A program made the translations under genes and the position numbers. Of a DNA stretch of 64,000 nucleotides, positions 34,500-44,357 are shown piece by piece. Under the pieces are notes generated by a model that saw only the letters and a program-made list of their open reading frames with translations, had not been told where the DNA came from and made no database searches. Source of the stretch: a virus; the IMG/VR virus record IMGVR_UViG_3300015263_000599, positions 1 through 64,000 of that record; one strand, written 5' to 3'. How positions within the stretch are numbered: the first letter of the stretch is position 1; every line of letters starts with the position of its first letter.

Positions 34500-36362
34500 A
34501 TGAAGCGACTAACATCCGTTGTCGCAATGCTCGTCGCATTGTTCTGCGTGGGCAATGCCCAAGCACAACAGCAAACCGCCAAGGGCCTCATCGGTGATGT
34601 GGCTGTTGGGCCACCGCCGACAACCACAGGGGAAGTCAACGTCCCGATCATTCTGTGGGGCGGCGAAGCTGCAACTTTCTGGGCCAATGGTGGAGTTTCA
34701 ACAACCAACGACTCCATCTATGGTCAGTCCGGTCTCAAGATCAAGTTGACGCCGGGCGACGATTCCATTCAACAGGCGAGGGACTACATCAGCGGCAAGT
34801 CGCCAATGTATCGTGGCACCTATCGCATGGCGTGTCTCTTCGCCGAGCAATTCAACGCCGATGCTCGCACGAAACCCGTGATGATCATGCAACTCAGCTA
34901 CAGTCTGGGCGATCACATGGTTGCCGTTGAACAGATCAAGACGTTGAACGATTTGCTCAAGCCGCTCAATGGGAAGAAGGTGCGTGTCGCTCTGCAACAA
35001 GGCGGGCCGCACTTGGGACTCGTTGAAGACTCACTGAAGTCAGTTGGCGGCAAGTGGTCAGACATCGAAGTTGTCTGGACGAAGAACCTCACAGGGGATG
35101 ACAGCCCGGCTGCTGCGTTGCGAGAAGGCAAATGCGATGTGGCTTGTGTTGTCACGCCTGACATGATCGGCCTTTGCTCTGGCATCGACCAGAAAGGTTC
35201 TGGTGCTGAAGGTACTGTCAAGGGATCGCATGTCGTTAACTCGACAGCCACGATGAGCCGCTCGATTGCCGACGTGTACCTTGTCCGCAAGGACTTCTTT
35301 GATGCCAACAAGGAGTGGGTGCAGAAATTCGTCACCGGCTACTTGAAGGCAACCGAAGCTGTCGTCACGGCTCGCAAGGATTACAGCGAGAGCAAGAAGG
35401 TTCCTCAGTACACAACCGTCATGACTCAGATGCAGACGTTCTTTGGAGCGGAAGCTCTGCCGACGATTGAAGAAGATGTTCACGGATTGATTCTGGACTG
35501 TGCCTTCGCACGCATCCCCGGCAACGAAGTCTTCTTCAACGACTCCAACAATCTGACCGGCTTCGCTGCCAAGCAGACTTCTGGTTTGCAACTCGCCGTC
35601 GATCTCGGGTACTCGACTCAGAAGTTGGGATTCGAGACTGCTGGGTGGGATTACAAGGCAATCTCAGAAGCGGCTGGCGTGAAGTACGTCAAACCCGTCT
35701 ATGCGACAGGCCGTATTCGAGCCGAGGTTGCGGACTTTGGGAACGACTTGGATAGCTCGACGATTTTCTCGTTCGAGATCAACTTCCAGCCTGAACAGAC
35801 GACGTTCTCGCTGGAGACATACGCTTCCGACTTCAAGCGGTTCTGTGAAGCACAGGCCACTTACGGAAACGCAGCCATCATCATCGAAGGCCACTCCGAC
35901 CCTACGCTGGCACTCCAGCACTTCTATTGGTCGGCTCGGGCGGCAGGTTTGTTGACTGGCGACAACGGCCAGTACAAATTCAACGGACAACCTCTATCGC
36001 TGACGGAAACGTCTGCCATCATCAATGCCATCCAGAACACCAATCTGGCAGGTCAGAGACGTGTGGATAGTGATGGCAAGACGGTAGAAATTCCTGATCC
36101 GAAGACAACCGTTGCGGCGGCTCTGACACTTTCTCAATCACGAGCGACTTCTGTGAAGAAAGCGATTGAGGAGTTCGCCAAGAACAGTGGCTACCAAATT
36201 GACCTGTCGGCAGTGTTGCCGCACGGCGTCGGCATTGCTCAGCCCATCAACGCTCGTCCTCGAAACATGGCTCAGGCCAAGGAAAACATGCGAGTGGTTT
36301 TCCGAGTGGTTCGTGTCAAGGCTGAAGCTCTGTCCGAAGATGACTTCAACTTCGACAAATAA
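34500..36362 (+). CDS. Secreted substrate-binding (NMT1/SsuA-like) protein with C-terminal OmpA-like domain
   Basis: Signal peptide AQA|Q; IADVYLVRKDF; INF...IIIEGHSD...LSQSRATSVK...NMRVVF. Confidence 0.8.
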   Translation: MKRLTSVVAMLVALFCVGNAQAQQQTAKGLIGDVAVGPPPTTTGEVNVPIILWGGEAATFWANGGVSTTNDSIYGQSGLKIKLTPGDDSIQQARDYISGKSPMYRGTYRMACLFAEQFNADARTKPVMIMQLSYSLGDHMVAVEQIKTLNDLLKPLNGKKVRVALQQGGPHLGLVEDSLKSVGGKWSDIEVVWTKNLTGDDSPAAALREGKCDVACVVTPDMIGLCSGIDQKGSGAEGTVKGSHVVNSTATMSRSIADVYLVRKDFFDANKEWVQKFVTGYLKATEAVVTARKDYSESKKVPQYTTVMTQMQTFFGAEALPTIEEDVHGLILDCAFARIPGNEVFFNDSNNLTGFAAKQTSGLQLAVDLGYSTQKLGFETAGWDYKAISEAAGVKYVKPVYATGRIRAEVADFGNDLDSSTIFSFEINFQPEQTTFSLETYASDFKRFCEAQATYGNAAIIIEGHSDPTLALQHFYWSARAAGLLTGDNGQYKFNGQPLSLTETSAIINAIQNTNLAGQRRVDSDGKTVEIPDPKTTVAAALTLSQSRATSVKKAIEEFAKNSGYQIDLSAVLPHGVGIAQPINARPRNMAQAKENMRVVFRVVRVKAEALSEDDFNFDK

Positions 36363-36434
36363 TCATTCCTGTCCCCGTGCCGCAGTCACCCGCACGATTA
36401 GCTGCGGCACGGAGGACAGTTTCAGGAGACCCAC

Positions 36435-36842
36435 ATGGCAACTTCAACCAAACCTATGATCCCCACCAAAGTCAAGCTGATTGGCGGCGGCATTCTGCTG
36501 GTCTTGCTGATCGGCTTGGGATATATCAAACTCGGCAACGTCACCTATTCAGAGGGCGAGCGGTCGGGCGTCATCACCAAGTTTTCCCACAAAGGGATGA
36601 TGGTCAAAACGTGGGAAGGCGAACTGAACATGGGCGGCTTCGATCAAGGTGGAGTCGCAAGCGTGTGGCAGTTCAGTGTTGATGACCCTGAAGTTGTCAC
36701 AAAGCTTCAAGAAGCTCAACGGGCCGGTGGTCGATGGACCCTGCATTACCGCCAACAGTTCATGGCTCAATCATGGAAGGGACAAACCGACTATTTCGTC
36801 ATCGGGGTTGAACCCGCTGGCAATAACCCGAACCAACGCTAA
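36435..36842 (+). CDS. Single-TM hypothetical protein (YSEGERSG...KTWEGEL family)
   Basis: N-terminal TM, small extracytoplasmic domain. Confidence 0.75.
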   Translation: MATSTKPMIPTKVKLIGGGILLVLLIGLGYIKLGNVTYSEGERSGVITKFSHKGMMVKTWEGELNMGGFDQGGVASVWQFSVDDPEVVTKLQEAQRAGGRWTLHYRQQFMAQSWKGQTDYFVIGVEPAGNNPNQR

Positions 36843-36857
36843 GGAAGGGAGTTCGAC

Positions 36858-37787
36858 ATGAGAAGTCTGATCCTCGCCGCCTTGGTGGTTTTAACTACCA
36901 GCGTGGCTCAAGCTCAGCAAACCGATTCAATCGTCATCGTGCTCGACACCTCGGGTTCGATGGGCGATTCAATGAGTGGTGGCAAGACTCGAATGCAGGT
37001 GGCTCAGGATTCACTGATCACCGTGTTGAAGAATACGCCACCCACTACAAAAGTTGGAATCCTCACCTTCGAGGGGTGGATTTATGATCTCCAGAAGGTC
37101 AACCAGCAACAACTTGAAGCGGCGATCCGAAGCACACGACCGGGCGGCGGAACACCGTTGTATGAGTACCTTCGAGCGGGCGCAACCCGGTTGCTTGAAG
37201 AGCGACAGTCGCAGAATAACACCGGTTACTACAAGTTGATTGTCGTCACCGATGGACAGGCTGGTGATGATAGCCTGAACCGTGAGAGTCGGTTCTCAGA
37301 TGGATCGACAAAGCCCGGCGTTCTGACAGACATCATCAGCCGCAATCTGATCGTGGATGTCATTGCACTCGACATGGGCGAAGACCATGACCTGATGAGG
37401 CTGAACAACGGTGCCGACATGAAGGGGAACGACCCTGCCAGTCTCACTTCATCGATCCGTAAGGCCGTCGCTGAGGTTGGTTTCGGCAACCAGAAAGACA
37501 CGTCCGAATCTGCCTTCAAGGAATTGGACGGACTGCCTGACGATTTCTGTCTGGCTGCCATCAAAGGACTGACGACATTCCGCAATCATCCGATTGGAGA
37601 GAAGCCGCCAGTTCCGATTGTGCAAGCAGATGGAACAGTGACGATGCAGCCCGATCCTGCCAACGAAGCTGTTCCACCGCCCGGAGAGGGTGGGGGAATC
37701 GGAGGCATCCTTTTGATTGTCCTTGTCGCAGGGGTAGGAATTGTCTTCTTCCTTGTGATCCTCACCAAAGCAGGCCGGGGGTACTAA
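36858..37787 (+). CDS. VWA-domain membrane protein
   Basis: Signal peptide, DTSGSM MIDAS, GGTPL, VVTDG, C-terminal TM. Confidence 0.9.
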   Translation: MRSLILAALVVLTTSVAQAQQTDSIVIVLDTSGSMGDSMSGGKTRMQVAQDSLITVLKNTPPTTKVGILTFEGWIYDLQKVNQQQLEAAIRSTRPGGGTPLYEYLRAGATRLLEERQSQNNTGYYKLIVVTDGQAGDDSLNRESRFSDGSTKPGVLTDIISRNLIVDVIALDMGEDHDLMRLNNGADMKGNDPASLTSSIRKAVAEVGFGNQKDTSESAFKELDGLPDDFCLAAIKGLTTFRNHPIGEKPPVPIVQADGTVTMQPDPANEAVPPPGEGGGIGGILLIVLVAGVGIVFFLVILTKAGRGY

Positions 37788-37790
37788 ACC

Positions 37791-39347
37791 ATGAGCGATG
37801 ACACGACGATGACGAAAGCACGCATCGTGGCAATGGCGATGATCTGGTTTTTCATCCTCGGTATCGTCGTGGTGGCGTGGAAGTTCTGGTGGGCTCCTCG
37901 ACAGCAGGAGATTGCTCAGAACGAACAGGAGCAGCACGAGCAAGAAGTGCTGGACAGAACCAGTTCACAAAGCCGCTACAAGTACGAACTCAACTGGGCG
38001 ATGGACGGGTTTTCCGGCTACGCCCCGTTCCGAAGCCAGATGTTTCGTGATGAGATGGGTCGCTTCGGCGGCAAAGTCAACATCATTGATGACAAGGCCA
38101 ACTACACCGAACGTCTGGGCAACCTCCAGAGCGGCAAGGTGGACATGGCTGTCTTTACCATCGACGCCCTTTACAAAGCATCCGCAGAGTTGGGAGACAT
38201 CCCGGCCACGATTGTCGATTTCATCGATGAGACCAAGGGCGCAGATGCCATGGTCGGGCCGGGAGGATTATTCCCCAACATTGACTCCCTCAACGATCCT
38301 GATTTGAAGATTGTTTGCACTCCCGATTCGCCATCGGAGACGCTGGCACGGGTGGTGATGGCATACTTCAACCTGACCCACATCTCGGACAAGAACTTCG
38401 AGTTCGTTGATGGGGCAGCAGCGGTGTTCGACGCATACAAGAATTCGAAACCCACAGACAAGAAAGTCTTCGTGTTGTGGGAACCTTACGTCAGCCGCAT
38501 TGTGTCCAACCCTGACTACCATGTCATTGTGGACTCATCGAAATTCCGTGGCTACATCGTCGATGTCATTGTGGTCAACAGAGACTTTCTGGTGAAGCAC
38601 GAAGACATGGTGACGGAAGCCGTTAAGGCATATCGAACAACGATCTTCAACAACCGTCGTTCGCCCGACATGGTTGCATTGGTGCAAGCAGATGCTCAAC
38701 AAATTGGTGAGCCGGTGACTCAGGATCAGGCTGTGAAGTTGGTTGGAAACATTTGGTGGAAGAACACACAAGAGAGTTTCGGCCACTTCGGTTTGACCAG
38801 CGGCACAGGGCTGCAACACATCGAGGATATCTGCAACAACATTGCTCGTGTGCTGGTGCGAACTGGTGCCATCCAAAGTGATCCGACAGGTGGGCAACCC
38901 AACAAGTTGTACTACGATGGCATCATGCGGAAGTTGTTCGACTCATCATGGCATCCCGGATTCGCTCAAGAGACGGTGCGGAAAGAGAAGACTCTTGCCG
39001 TGCTGTCGGACGACGAATGGAAAGCCTTGAAGCCAGTCGGAACCTTACAAGTTCCACGACTGGTGTTTGCCAGAGGAACGGAACGCCTCTCAGATCGCAG
39101 CTTTGCGACACTCGACGAACTGGCAAACAAGCTGGAGTCGTGGCCGCAATACTACTTGGTTGTGAGAGGCAACGTGTCTTCCGAAGGAGATGTGGATGCC
39201 AACCGCCAGTTGGCCCAATCTCGTGCAGATGCTACTATCGAGTATCTGGTTGGGAAGGGCGTGGCCCGACAGCGAATCCATGCTGAAACCAGTCATCCCA
39301 ACGGTTCTTCTACAGTGGCCTTCATTCTGGGCGAAGTGCCGTACTAG
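37791..39347 (+). CDS. Membrane-anchored substrate-binding protein with OmpA-like domain
   Basis: N-terminal TM, DETKGADA, LWEPY, IVDVIVV; C-terminal ANRQLAQSRADA. Confidence 0.82.
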   Translation: MSDDTTMTKARIVAMAMIWFFILGIVVVAWKFWWAPRQQEIAQNEQEQHEQEVLDRTSSQSRYKYELNWAMDGFSGYAPFRSQMFRDEMGRFGGKVNIIDDKANYTERLGNLQSGKVDMAVFTIDALYKASAELGDIPATIVDFIDETKGADAMVGPGGLFPNIDSLNDPDLKIVCTPDSPSETLARVVMAYFNLTHISDKNFEFVDGAAAVFDAYKNSKPTDKKVFVLWEPYVSRIVSNPDYHVIVDSSKFRGYIVDVIVVNRDFLVKHEDMVTEAVKAYRTTIFNNRRSPDMVALVQADAQQIGEPVTQDQAVKLVGNIWWKNTQESFGHFGLTSGTGLQHIEDICNNIARVLVRTGAIQSDPTGGQPNKLYYDGIMRKLFDSSWHPGFAQETVRKEKTLAVLSDDEWKALKPVGTLQVPRLVFARGTERLSDRSFATLDELANKLESWPQYYLVVRGNVSSEGDVDANRQLAQSRADATIEYLVGKGVARQRIHAETSHPNGSSTVAFILGEVPY

Positions 39348-39364
39348 GAGTTTGGGGATGTTCA

Positions 39365-40102
39365 ATGAGCAAAGATTTACGCAAGCAGATTCTACTCGAC
39401 CTGTTTATCACGCCAGCGACGGTGATCCCATTCCTGATCGGAGGGACGCTGTTGATGCTGTCGGCGATACTGGGCGGGTACTCGGCATTCCTTGGGTTTG
39501 TCGGGATTCTCCTGTCTTTTGGAGCTTTGTTGACTAACTGGGTATTCAACCTCGGAAAGATCAGCCGCAACGCCGTGAAGCGGTTGCACCAACAGGAGAA
39601 ACAACAACGAGAAGCGGAACTAGATGCCCTCGATGCAAAACTCGTAACGAATAAAGATCCACGGGATCAAACGGCTCTGCGAAATCTGCGAGCTTTATAC
39701 AACTCGTTCTGTGACGATTTGCATGACGGCAAGGTCACTCGCAATGTGCCTCCAAAGCTGTTGCAGTTGATCGAAGAAATTTTCGGCGAGTGTGTGACCA
39801 ATCTGAGTCGTGCATGGGACATCTGGAACACCTCTCGCAGCCTTCAAGGCGATCTCAAAGAGAAGCTCTTGGAGCAGCGAGAAAACCTGATCGTAGAAGT
39901 TGAGAGCAGTGTCCACATCTTGGCAGAAACGATCAACGAAGTTCGGGCGTTGAAGCTGAAGACTGATGCGGGTGAAATGGAGCGTTTGAGGCAGAAACTT
40001 GTGTCTCAATTGCAGGTCGCTAAAGCGACAGAAGAAAGCGTGGCGTCACTCGACGCAGAACTCAACTCGAAGAGTTACGACGAGTACGCCGATTACAAAT
40101 GA
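39365..40102 (+). CDS. 2-TM coiled-coil protein (XpaC-like architecture)
   Basis: Two N-terminal TMs then helical bundle. Confidence 0.7.
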   Translation: MSKDLRKQILLDLFITPATVIPFLIGGTLLMLSAILGGYSAFLGFVGILLSFGALLTNWVFNLGKISRNAVKRLHQQEKQQREAELDALDAKLVTNKDPRDQTALRNLRALYNSFCDDLHDGKVTRNVPPKLLQLIEEIFGECVTNLSRAWDIWNTSRSLQGDLKEKLLEQRENLIVEVESSVHILAETINEVRALKLKTDAGEMERLRQKLVSQLQVAKATEESVASLDAELNSKSYDEYADYK

Positions 40103-40176
40103 GTTGACCTTTACAGGCCAGTCTCGATCCCTACAATGGATCGGATGGCATCGCACGACAAAAGGAGATTGCGACG

Positions 40177-40968
40177 ATGGGACGATACTTCAAAGCCCTC
40201 TGGTACATGTTGACCGGGCGATTCAGTGCAGCAGCCGACGCACTGCAAAGCAACAAGTATGTGATGGCGGCGACCTACGACAAGTCGATTGAGAAAGGTG
40301 CGGATCGTTTCAATACGGTGAAAGACGCCGTAGCGAAGCTGATGAGCATCGAGCAAGATCGGGTGGCTACCATCAAGACGCTCTCGGGGGATGTCGAGAG
40401 TCTGACGAAGAAGATGAATGGCGCACAAGTCGCCATGCAGAAGCGAATCAACGCTCTCAAAGCCGAGGGCAAGACCAAGGAACAAATCGAGGCCGATGCC
40501 GAGTTCATCAAGCATCGTGGGGCCTTCATGGATATGAAGTCCACGATTGCTGAGAAGGATGCCCGGATCGGCGAACTCGAAGAAGACCTGAAGAACCGTC
40601 GCCAGCAGATCGCCACCTACAAGGCAGAACTGCAACAGATGCAACGTCAGCAAGCTTCTCTCAAAGAAGAGAAACACGAAGCTCTGGCCGACGTGGCGAT
40701 TGCCGAACAGGCAGAAGCCATCAACTCTGTGCTGGCCGGTATCTCAGAAGACACTACAGACAAGGATTTGCAAGCAGCACGAGAAGCTCGTAAGGCAGCC
40801 AAAGCCAAAGCGGCAATCACCTCCGAACTGGCAGGTAACGATGCACGGCTGGCCGAGAACGAGTACCTTCAGTATGCTGCTGAATCTGAAGCTGACAGCG
40901 AGCTTGATGATCTGCTCGACTGGGGCGAGAGCGATTCGGAAATGAAGGATGTGCAAATCCCCGAGTAA
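40177..40968 (+). CDS. PspA/IM30-like coiled-coil protein
   Basis: N-terminal amphipathic helix MGRYFKALWYMLTGRF, long coiled coil, ELDDLL tail. Confidence 0.65.
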   Translation: MGRYFKALWYMLTGRFSAAADALQSNKYVMAATYDKSIEKGADRFNTVKDAVAKLMSIEQDRVATIKTLSGDVESLTKKMNGAQVAMQKRINALKAEGKTKEQIEADAEFIKHRGAFMDMKSTIAEKDARIGELEEDLKNRRQQIATYKAELQQMQRQQASLKEEKHEALADVAIAEQAEAINSVLAGISEDTTDKDLQAAREARKAAKAKAAITSELAGNDARLAENEYLQYAAESEADSELDDLLDWGESDSEMKDVQIPE

Positions 40969-41032
40969 CTCAAGCCCAATCGACACGACCGGATGTTCCG
41001 GTCGAAACATCACCTACAAGGAGTGAAGGACA

Positions 41033-42157
41033 ATGAAGCGAATTGCAATTTTTGGAATGTTGCTCGCTGTGACAACCCTCATCGGTTGCGGCGGCAACGA
41101 CGGTGGCGATGCTGCCCCCGACAACAGCGGAGAACAGGCCAGCGGCCAAACCGGACAAACCAGCAACGACAGCTATCCAGCGTTTGTCCACACAGCGTCA
41201 GAGTATCCCTCGTGGTCAACCTTCATGGTGGCCGCAAAAGCAGGGCTCATCAATCCCGAGCAGGGCGGTCAGCACGGCACTCTGGAAACCAAGTACGGCG
41301 TCGATGTCGTGCTTCAGGTGAAGGACTACGATCCGTGCATCACCCTCTATGCCAACGGCACCTGTGATTCAACGTGTATCACCAACATGGATGCCCTGAA
41401 TCCCGCCATGGGACGCAAGACAACGATCATCATGCCGACCAGCACCTCAGCCGGTGCCGACAAGGTGATTGCTGTGGGCGCAACATCCATTGACGATCTG
41501 AAGGGATTGACCACCTACGGTCTGGCGAAGAGTGTCAGCCAATACTGCTTTGTGCGAGGTTTGCAGACGCAAGGTCTCAATCCGGCTGATTTCCAGTTCA
41601 AGAATCTCGATCCTGCCCCGGCTGCTACTGCTTTGCAGACTGGCAGCGGCGACGTGAAGGCGATCTCTGTCTGGAATCCGTTTGCCCTTCAGACTCTCCG
41701 CACCAACAAGGACGCCAAGGAAATCTTCTCGTCCACGACGATCCCAGAAGAGATCATCGACTGCGTGGTGATCGGCAATGATTCGTTGGAGAAGCCCAAG
41801 GGCAAGGAGTATGCTGCCTGCCTTTGCGAAATCTTCTATGAAGTCAACAAGCGTCTGAACTCTTCGGACAGCAGTGTCTCTGACGCCACACTGACGGCGT
41901 TGGGCGAAGACTTCTCGAAGCTACCTCTCGAAGACATGCGAATCGTCGTGCAGGAAACTCGATTCTACGGAACGCCTGCTGCCGGTATCGCTCTGTTCGA
42001 GAATCAGAAGTTCCAGACGCAGACCATGCCCACTGTGATCACGACATGCCAGCAGATCGGCGTGCTCGAAGAAGGACAGCAGCCTACTGTCGGCTTCAAT
42101 GACGACAGCAAGCAACTCAACTTCACGACGGAGTTCATGCGTCAGGCATCTCAGTAA
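41033..42157 (+). CDS. ABC transporter substrate-binding lipoprotein (NMT1/SsuA-like)
   Basis: Lipobox LIGC; TNMDAL, STSAGAD, VWNPF, IPEEIID. Confidence 0.85.
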   Translation: MKRIAIFGMLLAVTTLIGCGGNDGGDAAPDNSGEQASGQTGQTSNDSYPAFVHTASEYPSWSTFMVAAKAGLINPEQGGQHGTLETKYGVDVVLQVKDYDPCITLYANGTCDSTCITNMDALNPAMGRKTTIIMPTSTSAGADKVIAVGATSIDDLKGLTTYGLAKSVSQYCFVRGLQTQGLNPADFQFKNLDPAPAATALQTGSGDVKAISVWNPFALQTLRTNKDAKEIFSSTTIPEEIIDCVVIGNDSLEKPKGKEYAACLCEIFYEVNKRLNSSDSSVSDATLTALGEDFSKLPLEDMRIVVQETRFYGTPAAGIALFENQKFQTQTMPTVITTCQQIGVLEEGQQPTVGFNDDSKQLNFTTEFMRQASQ

Positions 42158-42339
42158 GGGCCAATAGCTCAGCGGTAGAGCACTCGTTGATTTCGTGGAG
42201 TATGCGTGACCGAGCTTGGTAAGGTGCGTGATTCTTCACGGTACGGACTTAAAAAGCCGTGGGAAGTTCGAATCTTCTCGCCAATGCTGTGCGAAATCGA
42301 TGAGAAGGGGGTGGGTTCGAGCCTCACCTTGGTCCACCA
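42158..42339 (+). ncRNA. tRNA-like RNA with a nested second tRNA-like domain in place of the anticodon loop
   Basis: Outer acceptor GGGCCAA/TTGGTCC-A-CCA, D arm GCTC/GAGC, T loop TTCGAGC; 14-bp stem leading to an inner cloverleaf with its own D arm, T loop TTCGAAT and long variable arm. Confidence 0.8.
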
Positions 42340-42345
42340 AACACC

Positions 42346-42382
42346 AAGCCCGTCCGTCCCAAGCGACGGGCGGGCTTTTTTG
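42346..42382 (+). terminator. Intrinsic terminator after the tRNA-like RNA
   Basis: AAGCCCGTCCGTC...GACGGGCGGGCTTTTTT. Confidence 0.8.
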
Positions 42383-42443
42383 CTAAACCCCTCTCCAAAT
42401 TATCCTTACAATGCTGATGACCTCATAACGAAGGAAACCGGAT

Positions 42444-43391
42444 ATGTTGGGCGGCTTACTCGCAGGGATTGTTCTCATCCTTTTGGGATGGCTGCTCGTT
42501 GTGTTCAGCGGTTCTGGACGGATCAAGCAACATCTTACGACTCGCAGCAAAATCATTTGGGGAGTCGCAGGTGTCTCTGTGCTGGCTGTGACCTATAGCT
42601 GGCTCTCTTTTCGCCAACACGAACGCAACCCCGACGACACCACGATTCCGACATTCAGTCAGTTGGCACATGGGTTCATGCGAACCGTCACGCCATCTTC
42701 CGACGACAAAGAGAACGCTTTACGAGTGGCCTTCGGCCAACCCACGCAAGAGAAAACTTTCTGGCAGAAAGTTCAATCGACTTGGCTCTATCAAGACTCT
42801 GTGGCGACTTATGGTCGTCTCATCAAAGGTCTAGTGTGGGGCTGCATGTTGTCCATTGTTCTCGGCACACTCATGGGATGCTACGAGTGGCTAGGGAGTT
42901 TCCTGTTGCCTCCGCTTGCTCTGCTTGCCAAGACGCCGGGGACAGCCATGCTGGCCGTCTTCTTTGTGATCGTCGGCACTGGCGAGCCAATGTTCATTAC
43001 GATGATTGGCTTCGGGGTTCTCCCGACGCTGACACAAACGATCTACTTGGCGGCGAAGGACGATCTTCATAGAGAGCAGATCGATAAGGCATATACGCTC
43101 GGTGCGGACAACACTGAACTTGTATGCAATGTCGTGTTTCCTCAGATACTTCCGAAGGTGATCGACAGCGTGCGATTGCAAATCGGGCCAGCTATGGTAT
43201 TCTTGATTGCCGCCGAAATGTTGGTCGGCGATGTCGGCATGGGATACCAAATCCGAATGCAGCAAAGGCTGCAACAGATGAACATCGTTTACAACTACTT
43301 GTTCTTGCTAGGGATCACCGGTCTGCTTATGGATCAAGCCATGATTCGTCTGCGGCAATGGTTGTGCCCGTGGTTCGACATCAAAAGGTAG
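42444..43391 (+). CDS. ABC transporter permease (SsuC/TauC-like)
   Basis: Multiple TMs, AYTLGA EAA-like loop, LIAAEM..GMGY. Confidence 0.9.
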   Translation: MLGGLLAGIVLILLGWLLVVFSGSGRIKQHLTTRSKIIWGVAGVSVLAVTYSWLSFRQHERNPDDTTIPTFSQLAHGFMRTVTPSSDDKENALRVAFGQPTQEKTFWQKVQSTWLYQDSVATYGRLIKGLVWGCMLSIVLGTLMGCYEWLGSFLLPPLALLAKTPGTAMLAVFFVIVGTGEPMFITMIGFGVLPTLTQTIYLAAKDDLHREQIDKAYTLGADNTELVCNVVFPQILPKVIDSVRLQIGPAMVFLIAAEMLVGDVGMGYQIRMQQRLQQMNIVYNYLFLLGITGLLMDQAMIRLRQWLCPWFDIKR

Positions 43392-43394
43392 GTC

Positions 43395-44357
43395 ATGTCG
43401 GTGAACAACATAGCGTTAAACATCAAAGGTGTCAGTCAGTGGTTCGGCGATAACCGTGTGCTGTACGACATCAATCTGAAAATCGTGCAAGGTCAGTTCG
43501 TCGCACTCGTAGGAGAAAGCGGATGCGGAAAGAGCACTTTGCTTCGTGCCATTCTCGGGACTCTCCCGCCCAAGGAAGGCACCATCGAAACTGACGGAAT
43601 TCCCGTCACTGGCCCCAACCACAACGTCGGCGTCGTCTACCAGCATTACGACTTGTATGATTGGATGACAGCCGAGAAGAACGTCGCCTTCGGCCCCATG
43701 CTGCATCAGACCAGCATTTGGAATCGCACGTTCGGGTTCTTGAAATGGATGAAGTTGCGAAAGCAACACTTGGCGCAAGCGAGGGACATGCTGACTCGCT
43801 TCCGACTTGGCAACGCATATGATCGCTATCCTGCCGAGCTTTCGGGCGGGATGCAACAGCGGGTGGCGATTGCCCAAGCCCTCATCATGAAGCCGAAGAT
43901 TTTGCTTCTTGACGAGCCCTTTGGGGCTTTGGATGAGGCGACCAGAGAGGAACTGCAAGGGGTTCTTCTCATGCTCTATGCCGAAAACATGGAAGCTCGC
44001 AAGCGTGGTGAGATGCCGCCGTGGACGGTGATGATCATCACACATGAGCTTGATGAAGCCTTCTATGTGTCTGATCGAGTGATAGGACTCTCTCGACAGT
44101 GGTATGAAGACACCGACACGGGCCGCAAGGAAGGCAAGGCGTGCGGTGCAACTAAAGTCTGGGACAAATCCGCTCCCGTTTATCACCCTGACGATGAGCG
44201 TGACTTCAGCAGGTTCCACGATGCCAAGCTGGAGTTGCGAAGCAAGGTGATCAAAGCGGAGGCTCCCATGGAACGATCCGAACATGTCTCATTTTGGTCC
44301 GACCTAGAAAACGGAGTCGGATCAGGAGTCGCATTCACAAGGAGTCCTCATGTCTGA
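43395..44357 (+). CDS. ABC transporter ATP-binding protein (SsuB/TauB-like)
   Basis: GESGCGKS, LSGGMQQR, LLLDEPFGALD, ITHELDEA. Confidence 0.95.
   Translation: MSVNNIALNIKGVSQWFGDNRVLYDINLKIVQGQFVALVGESGCGKSTLLRAILGTLPPKEGTIETDGIPVTGPNHNVGVVYQHYDLYDWMTAEKNVAFGPMLHQTSIWNRTFGFLKWMKLRKQHLAQARDMLTRFRLGNAYDRYPAELSGGMQQRVAIAQALIMKPKILLLDEPFGALDEATREELQGVLLMLYAENMEARKRGEMPPWTVMIITHELDEAFYVSDRVIGLSRQWYEDTDTGRKEGKACGATKVWDKSAPVYHPDDERDFSRFHDAKLELRSKVIKAEAPMERSEHVSFWSDLENGVGSGVAFTRSPHV

Noticed and set aside
42158-42339. Standard tRNA with a group I or BHB intron, or canonical tmRNA
   Set aside because: No 7-nt anticodon loop can be restored, the insert is itself tRNA-like and too short for a group I intron, and it has a full D stem with no evident tag ORF or pseudoknots.
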